Below are positions 1-7,772 of a stretch of DNA of 64,000 nt, one piece after another. Within the stretch, counting starts at the first letter, position 1. Every line of letters starts with the position of its first letter. Source of the DNA: a virus; the IMG/VR virus record IMGVR_UViG_3300032323_001800, positions 32,001 through 96,000 of that record; one strand, 5' to 3'. The position numbers and the translations under genes were made by a program. The notes under the pieces were generated by a model. It made no database searches and was not told the origin of the DNA. It saw nothing but the letters and a program-made list of their open reading frames with translations.

Positions 1-756
1 GGCGGAAGTGGTGGTGTAGGTGAAAGTGTAGAAGAAGGTTGGAAGGATTGGGTAGCGGGTGCAGGATTAGCTGCTATGGCGGCAGGTGGGGGCGGCGCTG
101 CCTATGATGCTTACAAAGCCAGTCAATCTGAAAAAGAACCTACAGCCGTAGTAGCAAAAGCTGATAATAAAAGTAATTTTGAAAAAGGTGTTGAACGAAT
201 AGCCAAAGACGCAATACCCAAACATTTAGTTTCAGGCTCACCACACGAAAAGTTTCTAACTAAAGCAGCTATTGCCGCAGGTATCAAGGGCGAAGAGCTA
301 GCACAGTTCCTAGCACAGACCGCACACGAATCACACAACTTTAAATCAATGATTGAGTATGGTGGTTCATTAGATTTTAAAAAATACGAGCCTGTGTTTA
401 AAAAAGATAAAAAAGGTAAAGTAGTACAAGTTAATGCTAAAGCTAAAACACTAGGTAACAAAGTCAAAGGCGACGGCGCTCGTTATAAAGGTAGAGGTTA
501 CATACAACTTACTGGTCGATACAACTATAAAAAAGCAGGAGAAGCTCTAGGCTTACCTTTAGAAGCTAAACCTGAGTTAGTTGAAAAACCAGAAGTAGCT
601 GCGCAAGTGGCAATATGGTTTTGGCAACATCGTGTACAACCAAGAGTTGATAACTTTGGTGATACAAAAGCATCAACTAAACCAATTAATCCCGGTCTTA
701 AAGGATTAGATGATCGTAAAGAAAAGTTTAGTGATTATAGGTTATCGATGAAATGA
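1..756 (+). CDS. GH19 (chitinase class I-like) peptidoglycan hydrolase, 5'-truncated
   Basis: Frame is open from base 1 (GGSGGVGESVEEGWKDWVAG...). GH19 motifs AQFLAQTAHES, second Glu in MIEYG, RYKGRGYIQLTGRYNY and terminal INPGLKGLDDR. Confidence 0.9.
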   Translation, partial: GGSGGVGESVEEGWKDWVAGAGLAAMAAGGGGAAYDAYKASQSEKEPTAVVAKADNKSNFEKGVERIAKDAIPKHLVSGSPHEKFLTKAAIAAGIKGEELAQFLAQTAHESHNFKSMIEYGGSLDFKKYEPVFKKDKKGKVVQVNAKAKTLGNKVKGDGARYKGRGYIQLTGRYNYKKAGEALGLPLEAKPELVEKPEVAAQVAIWFWQHRVQPRVDNFGDTKASTKPINPGLKGLDDRKEKFSDYRLSMK

Positions 757-947
757 GAGCGCACGAGTTTATCTTAGAGAACTTTGCAGATGGTAAAGTT
801 AAAGGAAAAAGTCGTCCAGGACGTGTAAAGCGTTCAGGAGCCAGTTGTAATGGCTCCGTGACTGATCTAAGAAAACGTGCTAAGAATTCTTCAGGTGAAA
901 AAGCTAAAATGTATCACTGGTGTGCCAATATGAAAAGCGGTAAATAA
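753..947 (+). CDS. Small basic protein with capsid-targeting-like N-terminus (putative internal head protein)
   Basis: 64 aa. MRAHEFILE resembles the T4 IP capsid-targeting sequence (MKTYQEFIAE). ATGA overlap with the upstream gene. Confidence 0.7.
   Translation: MRAHEFILENFADGKVKGKSRPGRVKRSGASCNGSVTDLRKRAKNSSGEKAKMYHWCANMKSGK
941..946 (+). promoter_or_regulatory. Putative T4-type late promoter core TAAATA
   Basis: TAAATA lies 4 nt before ATG 951 with no Shine-Dalgarno. It overlaps the upstream stop codon. Confidence 0.4.
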
Positions 948-950
948 TGT

Positions 951-1136
951 ATGAGATTTGAAGAGCTTACTAAACAATTTAAATTCTTTAAAGCCAAGGT
1001 TAAAATTAAACAACCTGGCTATTCTCAACTCATTGATACAACAATTAATGCTAAAGACAGAGAGATGGCTAGAAGATTGCTCAAAGCACAGTACGGTGCT
1101 ACATCAATTATAGGCACTGTAACGGAGATAAAATGA
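951..1136 (+). CDS. Small basic hypothetical protein (putative internal head protein)
   Basis: 61 aa, N-terminus MRFEEL, tight packing with neighbours. Confidence 0.7.
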   Translation: MRFEELTKQFKFFKAKVKIKQPGYSQLIDTTINAKDREMARRLLKAQYGATSIIGTVTEIK

Positions 1137-1825
1137 AAGTAAAAGAAATCATACAAGAACGCGAACAGAAACAATTTGAAAAAAGTGTAACTGAAGGCCC
1201 GTTGGAGTTTAGAACCCCAAATCCTGTTGTAGTAATACAGGATCTTAAAGGTAAGATGTTAGATAAGTTAAATTTATCTGTAGCAGCACAAAAATACAAT
1301 TTAGGTCAGCCGCAGGATATAAAAAAACAATTAGCGCACCAGAATTACACAACTATAGGTGATTATGTTATAATTGCTCCTATGTCTGGGCAACCACAAG
1401 ACAAAACCACGCAGGGTATGGCAGAAAGAGTAAGAGACCCAGAAGATTGGGATGAAGGTAACACAGAACCTGCTAACAACTTTGCTGTTCATATTAACGG
1501 CAAAAAGTGGAAAATATTTAAAGGTCGCGGACAATTTGCCGACGACTATAAAGAAAGAGATCACTATCGTCAGCTTCAAAACTGGGCTCAAGCAAAATCA
1601 GAACAAACTGGTAAAAAATGGGAAGTTTTTGTTACAGGTGCCCCTGCTACAGAGAGCATTAAAGAAACTGCTACAGCAGGTGCTACATCATCGGGTAACG
1701 TTAGTGTAGGTGCTGTTTATAAGAATAAACCAGGCAAAACAGCTAAGAATAAAGACGGTACTGCTAAAAACGCCCTAGATATGAAAAGTACTAATCTACT
1801 CACCGGCGGCAGCATAAAAAGATAA
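1133..1825 (+). CDS. Putative processed head-internal protein
   Basis: 230 aa. N-terminus MKVKEIIQE and internal [ILV]-x-E sites (SVTE/G, SIKE/T). Confidence 0.65.
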   Translation: MKVKEIIQEREQKQFEKSVTEGPLEFRTPNPVVVIQDLKGKMLDKLNLSVAAQKYNLGQPQDIKKQLAHQNYTTIGDYVIIAPMSGQPQDKTTQGMAERVRDPEDWDEGNTEPANNFAVHINGKKWKIFKGRGQFADDYKERDHYRQLQNWAQAKSEQTGKKWEVFVTGAPATESIKETATAGATSSGNVSVGAVYKNKPGKTAKNKDGTAKNALDMKSTNLLTGGSIKR

Positions 1826-1828
1826 ATA
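1823..1828 (+). promoter_or_regulatory. Putative late promoter core TAAATA
   Basis: gaTAAATAtacttATG: 5 nt before ATG 1834, no SD. Confidence 0.45.
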
Positions 1829-1833
1829 TACTT

Positions 1834-2178
1834 ATGAAGAAACAAATTTTTAGAGAGTTTTCAAACGATCAAGATCAATCTAGAGTAGATGATCATGAAG
1901 CTAAAATGGCTCGAGCAGACCTATATAAGTTAGCAGAGTATTCTGTTAAGCTTTTTAAAATGATCGACGAAAATGAAGAATTAGATGGGTGGGTACAGGC
2001 AAAAATTACCAAAGCATCTGATTACATTTCCAGTGTATATCATTACCTCGAATATGAGAAAATGACAGCACGAAAAGCAGATTCACAAGAACCGGTTGAA
2101 TCTATCGACGAATCTGTTTCTAAACAAATTACAGAATCTTTAGCCACTGAATGGCAGAACATTAAAAATCAAGGATAA
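1834..2178 (+). CDS. Hypothetical helical protein (putative head/scaffold component)
   Basis: 114 aa. PVE/SIDE/S and ITE/S protease-type sites. Confidence 0.7.
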   Translation: MKKQIFREFSNDQDQSRVDDHEAKMARADLYKLAEYSVKLFKMIDENEELDGWVQAKITKASDYISSVYHYLEYEKMTARKADSQEPVESIDESVSKQITESLATEWQNIKNQG

Positions 2179-2183
2179 TAAAA

Positions 2184-3221
2184 ATGGATTTCAATAAAAT
2201 CATCGCTAAACTCAAAGACATTGACCCAACAAATGTTCTTGATCCAAAAGGCGTTTCACAAGCAGCAATTGACGCAAACCGACCAAAGGCCGCTGTTCAG
2301 CTAGACGAATCTGCTCAGCTACGTGTGCTGTTAGGCAGATCAACTATGCTTGCAGAAAGTGCGTTAATGGAAAAGAAATTAACCGCTGCTGAAAAAGATA
2401 AGAAAGAAGAAGTAGTTAAAAGCATGAAAGGCGATAAAAAAGGTTTCATGAAACGCTATGGCAAAAAGGGCGAGGAAGTCATGCATGCCACAGCTACTAA
2501 AATTGCTAAAAAGAAAGACGAAAGTGTAGAGATTCTTGACACTGATGAAGAAATTGCTGAAGTGTTTGATGCCGATGCTAAAGTAGGCGACAAGAAGAAA
2601 ACATCGTCTGGCGTTGCTACAAAAACAGCAACTGGTATGAAGCATGAAAAGACTTATGGCAAGGATGCTGACGGTAGCGATGACGAACCAAAAGCTAAGA
2701 AGAAAGTCAAAGAAGAAATGAAAGTTGGCGATAAGAAAAAATCTGCCACTGGCGGTACTATTGAAAAAACAGCAACGGGTATTAAGCACACTGGCGGCAA
2801 AAACTACAGTGGCAAGACTGCCGAGAAGGAAGAAAAGAAAAATGTCAAAGAAGCTTCTAAGCCAGACTTCTTAGATATGGACAAAGACGGTGACAAGAAA
2901 GAGCCAATGAAAAAAGCAGTTGCTGACAAGAAGAAAGGCAGTGCTCCTAAGAAAGGTGTAAATCCTTTTGCTAAGAAAGCAGTTAAGGAATCAGTTGATT
3001 ATCAAAATAAATTGACTTTCATCAAATGCTTACAAGCAGTTAAAGAGAGCCAAGGTCAGCTACAAATTGATCCAATGGACAAAGCTCTTTGGATGTGGGC
3101 CCAGCGAGTTGCTGCTTCTAAGGCAGGTTCTGGTAATAGAGCAGATGCGTTTGCTGCCAAAGTATATGAATCATATGGCGGCGAATGGTCATTGTATAAT
3201 ACATTAACCGAAACACAATAA
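2184..3221 (+). CDS. Lys/Glu-rich scaffold or internal-head-like polyprotein
   Basis: 345 aa, highly charged. Repeated [LVI]-x-E/S sites, an internal duplication and a DxDxDG motif. Confidence 0.7.
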   Translation: MDFNKIIAKLKDIDPTNVLDPKGVSQAAIDANRPKAAVQLDESAQLRVLLGRSTMLAESALMEKKLTAAEKDKKEEVVKSMKGDKKGFMKRYGKKGEEVMHATATKIAKKKDESVEILDTDEEIAEVFDADAKVGDKKKTSSGVATKTATGMKHEKTYGKDADGSDDEPKAKKKVKEEMKVGDKKKSATGGTIEKTATGIKHTGGKNYSGKTAEKEEKKNVKEASKPDFLDMDKDGDKKEPMKKAVADKKKGSAPKKGVNPFAKKAVKESVDYQNKLTFIKCLQAVKESQGQLQIDPMDKALWMWAQRVAASKAGSGNRADAFAAKVYESYGGEWSLYNTLTETQ

Positions 3222-3240
3222 TTTACCATTTGGTAAAAAT

Positions 3241-3271
3241 AAAGCCAGTCATTCATTGACTGGCTTTTTTT
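3241..3271 (+). terminator. Rho-independent terminator (possibly bidirectional)
   Basis: aaagccagtca-ttcat-tgactggcttt followed by a T-tract and preceded by an A-run, just after the stop at 3221. Confidence 0.85.
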
Positions 3272-3284
3272 ACGGCTGTATAAT
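3256..3284 (+). promoter_or_regulatory. Sigma70-type promoter
   Basis: TTGACT(3256)-N17-TATAAT(3279), then SD AGGAGA and ATG 3305. Confidence 0.8.
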
Positions 3285-3304
3285 AGTTCTATAGGAGAGA
3301 TAAT

Positions 3305-3568
3305 ATGTCAACAAGAATGTACGGTCCCGAAGAAAAAGCAAAACTTGAACGTCTTATTACCGAAGGCGGTAATGTGCTACGTGAGGTTGAAGATCTAACA
3401 GAAGGCCTTAAAGAAACTGTTAAAGCAGTAGCAGAAGAACTACAGATTAAGCCGAGTGTAATTAATAAAGCAATTAAGATTGCGCACAAAGATAATTGGA
3501 AAGATCATGAGCAAGAATGGAACGACGTCGAGATGATTCTAGGCGTTACTAAGCGATTGCCTGAATGA
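3305..3568 (+). CDS. T4 DsbA-like dsDNA-binding protein
   Basis: 87 aa helical protein. The pattern LKETVKAVAEELQIKPSVINKAIKIAHK resembles DsbA-type proteins (recalled similarity). Confidence 0.55.
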   Translation: MSTRMYGPEEKAKLERLITEGGNVLREVEDLTEGLKETVKAVAEELQIKPSVINKAIKIAHKDNWKDHEQEWNDVEMILGVTKRLPE

Positions 3569-3858
3569 TAGAATTTTTTCAAAAAAGTTATGATTGGGCT
3601 AAACAAGATTATCAAGAATGGCCATTAAGGTTTGTTCTTGAAATCACTGCTTGGTTTATGAGTATCTGTTGTACTATCTGGATGGGTGCTACTTTACCTA
3701 ATCCGCCGTTTCTTATTTTATACCCATTGTTTATTGTACAATGTACAATTTTTGGCTGGGCAGCTTGGACTAGACGCAGTACCGGAATGGTGGCAAACTA
3801 TCTATTAATTGTCACTATAGACATAGTAGCACTGGCTCGTTTGATAACTATACAATAA
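3565..3858 (+). CDS. Small membrane protein (about 3 TM)
   Basis: 97 aa with three hydrophobic segments. Confidence 0.75.
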   Translation: MIEFFQKSYDWAKQDYQEWPLRFVLEITAWFMSICCTIWMGATLPNPPFLILYPLFIVQCTIFGWAAWTRRSTGMVANYLLIVTIDIVALARLITIQ

Positions 3859-3898
3859 GAGAAAGGTTTGATCAGCCATAAATGATTATATTGGTGTT

Positions 3899-3916
3899 TG
3901 CGAGCCCTAAGTCGCA
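3899..3916 (+). promoter_or_regulatory. Hairpin adjacent to the polymerase RBS (putative translational operator)
   Basis: TGCGA-gccctaag-TCGCA (5-bp stem, 8-nt loop) immediately 5' of TAAGGAG...ATG 3928. Confidence 0.45.
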
Positions 3917-3927
3917 TAAGGAGAAAT

Positions 3928-6600
3928 ATGAGTTACGTAGATGCTTTTTATAGCAGAGATACAGACATCGTCTCGGTAGTTGAGCGAGATGACAAAGGAA
4001 AAAGACATTTCCGAGAATATCCTGCAAAATATGTCTTTTATTATCCAGACGCTAAAGGAAAATATACTAGCGTATATGGAGATCAACTAAGCAGAGTCAG
4101 CTGCAAAAATCTTAAAGAATTTCATAAAGAGTTAAGAATTCACAGTAATTCTAAACTATTTGAATCTGACATTAATCCAATCTTTAGAACACTAGAAGAC
4201 AACTATCTAAATGCCGATGCTCCGAAACTTAACGTTGCATGGTTTGATATTGAAGTAGATTTTGATCCAGAACGTGGATACGCATCACCTGATGATGCGT
4301 TTATGCCAATCACTGCTATTGCTGTGTATCTTCAATGGATGGACACTATGGTTTGTTTGGCGGTTCCTCCGAAAACAATGACCATGGATCAAGCTCAAGA
4401 GACTGTAAAAGAATTTACTAACACAATGTTGTTTGACAACGAAGCAGACATGTTAGATACATTTTTAGATCTAATTCAAGATGCTGATGTGTTAAGTGGT
4501 TGGAATTCAGAAGGCTTTGATATTCCCTATACTGTCAATCGTGTTACTAAGGTTCTCAGCAAAGAAGATACAAGAAGATTTTGTCTCTGGGATCAAATGC
4601 CTAAAAAACGTGAATACGAAAAATACGGCAAGGCTGCTGTAACTTATGACTTTTACGGTCGTGTGCATCTTGACAGTCTCGAATTATATAGAAAATACAC
4701 TTATGAAGAACGACATAGTTACAGACTTGACGCCATTGCTGAATACGAACTAGGCGAAACTAAAACACAGTACGAAGGTACATTAGATCAGTTATATAAC
4801 AATGATTTTAAAAAGTTCATTGAATATAACCGCCAAGACTGTATGCTATTAGAAAAACTAGACAGAAAACTAAAATTTTTAGATCTAGCAAATAAACTAG
4901 CACACGAAAACACAGTATTGCTACAAACTACAATGGGTGCCGTTGCTGTTACTGAACAAGCTATTATTAACGAAGCACATCGTAGAGGAATGATTGTTCC
5001 TAATCGTAAAAAGCGAGACGACGAAGTATCTACCCAAGCTGCCGGTGCGTATGTTGCTTATCCTAAAAAAGGCATTCACGAATGGATTGGCTCAGTGGAT
5101 CTTAACTCACTATATCCTTCAGCGATTCGTGCCTTAAACATGGGTCCAGAAACTATTGTTGGACAGTTACGTCCAGACTATACTAAAAATTACATCGAAG
5201 AACAAATGACGCGGCATGGTAAATCGTTTGCTGGTGCGTGGGAAGGATTGTTTTCTTCGTTTGAATATCAGTATGTTATGGAACGAAACGTTGCTAAAGA
5301 AATTACCATTGACTGGGAAGATGGTGGTAGTGATACGCTAAGTGGTGCTCAGATCTATGATTTGATCTTTGAAAGTAATCAACCCTGGATGGTTTCATCT
5401 AATGGTACAATCTTTACCTATGACAAAGACGGAATTATTCCAGGACTGTTAGCTCGCTGGTACAAAGAACGTAAAGAAATGCAGGCCAAACTTAAAGAAT
5501 GTATCGTGGCAGGTAATAAAGTTGAAGAAGAATACTGGGACAAACGTCAGCTGGTCAAAAAAATTAACTTAAACTCATTATATGGTGCTATTCTTAACCC
5601 TGGCTGTAGATTCTTTGACAATCGCATTGGTCAATCAACTACATTAACTGGTAGAACAATTACCAAACACATGGCGTCAAAAATTAACGAAATTATCACA
5701 GGTGAATACGACTACAAAGGTAAGTCGATCATTTATGGTGACACAGATTCTTGTTATTTTTCAGCGTATCCGGTGCTGAAGAAAGAAATTGAAACCGGAA
5801 AACTTCCTTGGACTAAAGAAACGGTGGTAACTTTATATGATCAAATCGCAGACGAAGTCAATTCCAGCTTTATTAAACTCATGCAGGACAGTTTCCATTG
5901 TCCAAAAACAAGAGGAGATGTTATCAAAGCAGGTCGAGAGATTGTCGCATCAAAGGGTCTGTTCATTACTAAGAAGCGATATGCCGTACTCTACTATGAA
6001 AAAGAAGGCAAGCGAGCAGATGTAGAGGGCAAACCAGGCAAGATCAAAGCCATGGGTCTTGATCTTAAACGTTCAGATACTCCTGTAGTCATTCAAGACT
6101 TCTTAAGTGAAGTTTTAACTCGGGTGCTAAATGGCGCAGGTAAGGAAGAAGTGCTGGAATACATTACTGAATTCCGTACTGAGTTCAAAACTAGACCTGG
6201 TTGGGAGAAAGGATCGCCCAAACGTGCTAACAATATCTCGCAATATCGCGACAAAGAAAAGAAAGCAGGCAAGACTAACATGCCCGGACACGTTCGAGCT
6301 GCTCTTAACTGGAACACTTTGAAGCGTATGAACGGTGACAAGTATTCTGTAGCCATAACAGACGGTGCTAAAGTCATTGTCTGTAAGGTTAAAGATAATC
6401 CAATGGGTTATACATCAGTGGCGTATCCAGTAGATGAACTTAGACTACCACAATGGTTTAAGGACTTACCGTTTGATGACGCTGAAATGGAAAGTACTGT
6501 TATTGATGAAAAGCTGGAAAACCTTATCGGTGTTCTAGAATGGGACATTAGTCGAACACGAAGTGACAACAACTTCAACAAATTATTTGATTTTGAATAA
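3928..6600 (+). CDS. DNA polymerase family B
   Basis: Exo motifs FDIEVD, WNSEGFDIPY, YNRQDC. Pol motifs SVDLNSLYPS, KKINLNSLYG, YGDTDS. Start moved to ATG 3928 on the basis of the SD. Confidence 0.97.
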   Translation: MSYVDAFYSRDTDIVSVVERDDKGKRHFREYPAKYVFYYPDAKGKYTSVYGDQLSRVSCKNLKEFHKELRIHSNSKLFESDINPIFRTLEDNYLNADAPKLNVAWFDIEVDFDPERGYASPDDAFMPITAIAVYLQWMDTMVCLAVPPKTMTMDQAQETVKEFTNTMLFDNEADMLDTFLDLIQDADVLSGWNSEGFDIPYTVNRVTKVLSKEDTRRFCLWDQMPKKREYEKYGKAAVTYDFYGRVHLDSLELYRKYTYEERHSYRLDAIAEYELGETKTQYEGTLDQLYNNDFKKFIEYNRQDCMLLEKLDRKLKFLDLANKLAHENTVLLQTTMGAVAVTEQAIINEAHRRGMIVPNRKKRDDEVSTQAAGAYVAYPKKGIHEWIGSVDLNSLYPSAIRALNMGPETIVGQLRPDYTKNYIEEQMTRHGKSFAGAWEGLFSSFEYQYVMERNVAKEITIDWEDGGSDTLSGAQIYDLIFESNQPWMVSSNGTIFTYDKDGIIPGLLARWYKERKEMQAKLKECIVAGNKVEEEYWDKRQLVKKINLNSLYGAILNPGCRFFDNRIGQSTTLTGRTITKHMASKINEIITGEYDYKGKSIIYGDTDSCYFSAYPVLKKEIETGKLPWTKETVVTLYDQIADEVNSSFIKLMQDSFHCPKTRGDVIKAGREIVASKGLFITKKRYAVLYYEKEGKRADVEGKPGKIKAMGLDLKRSDTPVVIQDFLSEVLTRVLNGAGKEEVLEYITEFRTEFKTRPGWEKGSPKRANNISQYRDKEKKAGKTNMPGHVRAALNWNTLKRMNGDKYSVAITDGAKVIVCKVKDNPMGYTSVAYPVDELRLPQWFKDLPFDDAEMESTVIDEKLENLIGVLEWDISRTRSDNNFNKLFDFE

Positions 6601-6607
6601 AAAATAT

Positions 6608-6636
6608 TTGCTTTTTACTCACAATCTAAATATAAT
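6608..6636 (+). promoter_or_regulatory. Sigma70-type promoter overlapping a TAAATA late core
   Basis: TTGCTT(6608)-N17-TATAAT(6631). TAAATA at 6627-6632. Confidence 0.6.
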
Positions 6637-6661
6637 CTTAATATACACGGAGAAACTCTAA

Positions 6662-7399
6662 ATGAAAGATATTTTACAAGACATCGTATCACATACGCAA
6701 AATCTAGGCTTCTTAACTACAGTTAAAGTAACAGGCGCTGAAGATAAAACTCAAATTAACTCGATGGCAGATGACCGTTCAGTTATTATGGAAGCAGAAA
6801 CTGCTGCTCCGTATCCAGACATGATTGGTGTGTTTGGTATGCCACAGCTACAAAAACTAAAGTATTTGTTAGAAGGCGCAGAGTACAAGGAAGATGCTAA
6901 GATTAGTATCACTACAGCAGAACGCAACGGAGAAACTATTCCAGTTGGTCTTCACTTTGAAAACAAAGATGGTGACTTCAAGAACGATTATCGCTTTATG
7001 AATTCCGAGATCATTAACGAAAAAATGAAAACCGTTAAATTCCGCGGAGTTAAGTGGGATGTTGAGATCGAACCTAGCGTCAGTGCTGTTCAGCGTTTCA
7101 ACTTCCAAGCAGGTGCTAATAGCGAACATCCAACTTTCTTAGCAAAGACTGATGGTGGCAATCTAAAGTTTATCTTTGGTGATGCGAGCACACACGGTGG
7201 TGAGTTTATTTTTGCACAAAACGTTGCAGGTAAATTAGATCGTGGTTGGACTTGGCCTGTATTACCAATCCTTGCTATTCTTAAAATTGCGGATGTTAAT
7301 AATACTAAGATGTCCTTGAGTAATGAAGGTGCTATTCAAATTACTTTAGACAGCGGCCTAGCATCTTACAAATATATCATTCCAGCACAAGCAGCGTAA
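6662..7399 (+). CDS. DNA polymerase sliding clamp (gp45/PCNA-like)
   Basis: 245 aa with an alternating beta/alpha clamp-like pattern, C-terminal YKYIIPA, and position directly after the polymerase. Confidence 0.7.
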   Translation: MKDILQDIVSHTQNLGFLTTVKVTGAEDKTQINSMADDRSVIMEAETAAPYPDMIGVFGMPQLQKLKYLLEGAEYKEDAKISITTAERNGETIPVGLHFENKDGDFKNDYRFMNSEIINEKMKTVKFRGVKWDVEIEPSVSAVQRFNFQAGANSEHPTFLAKTDGGNLKFIFGDASTHGGEFIFAQNVAGKLDRGWTWPVLPILAILKIADVNNTKMSLSNEGAIQITLDSGLASYKYIIPAQAA

Positions 7400-7400
7400 T

Positions 7401-7772
7401 ATGATTAAAGGTATTAATTCTAGCAGTAGATACATTACAGTATCTGGAGGATCTCCATCAAACACATATATCAGTCCTGGCTCTGTTGGGGCTGGTATGA
7501 TCCGGTGGAATCCAAATATGAACTGTATGGAAGTCAATGACGGAAATATGTGGAAAACGCTTGACATGTCTTATGCCTCTGTAGAATTAACGTCCGATGC
7601 CGAATCGTTGCTTGAATGGGCACGTAAAAAGCGTGACAAAGAAACAACATTATATGCCCTAGCTGAAAAAAATTCTGCTGTTAAAATAGCATTAGACAAC
7701 TTAGAACAGGCACAACAACAATTAGAAATTACAGCACATTTAGCGAGAGAACATGAACAAACAACCAGTTGA
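7401..7772 (+). CDS. Hypothetical protein
   Basis: 123 aa with a C-terminal coiled coil, coupled to the clamp and dpdA genes. Confidence 0.75.
   Translation: MIKGINSSSRYITVSGGSPSNTYISPGSVGAGMIRWNPNMNCMEVNDGNMWKTLDMSYASVELTSDAESLLEWARKKRDKETTLYALAEKNSAVKIALDNLEQAQQQLEITAHLAREHEQTTS

Noticed and set aside
123-467. Antisense hydrophobic ORF with Cys inside the GH19 gene (embedded spanin/lipoprotein?)
   Set aside because: No valid lipobox, and it lies on the opposite strand of a clear gene.
2379-2789. Phe-rich antisense ORF (and the many other antisense/alt-frame ORFs in the track)
   Set aside because: Mirror of Lys-rich AAA/AAG codons on the coding strand.
3565-3858. Holin assignment
   Set aside because: Separated from the GH19 gene by a terminator and driven by an early-type promoter with replication genes.
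3928-6600. Intein or intron in the polymerase (and in the 5232-aa ORF)
   Set aside because: Polymerase motifs are contiguous at normal spacing. No intein splice-junction or homing-endonuclease motifs were seen.
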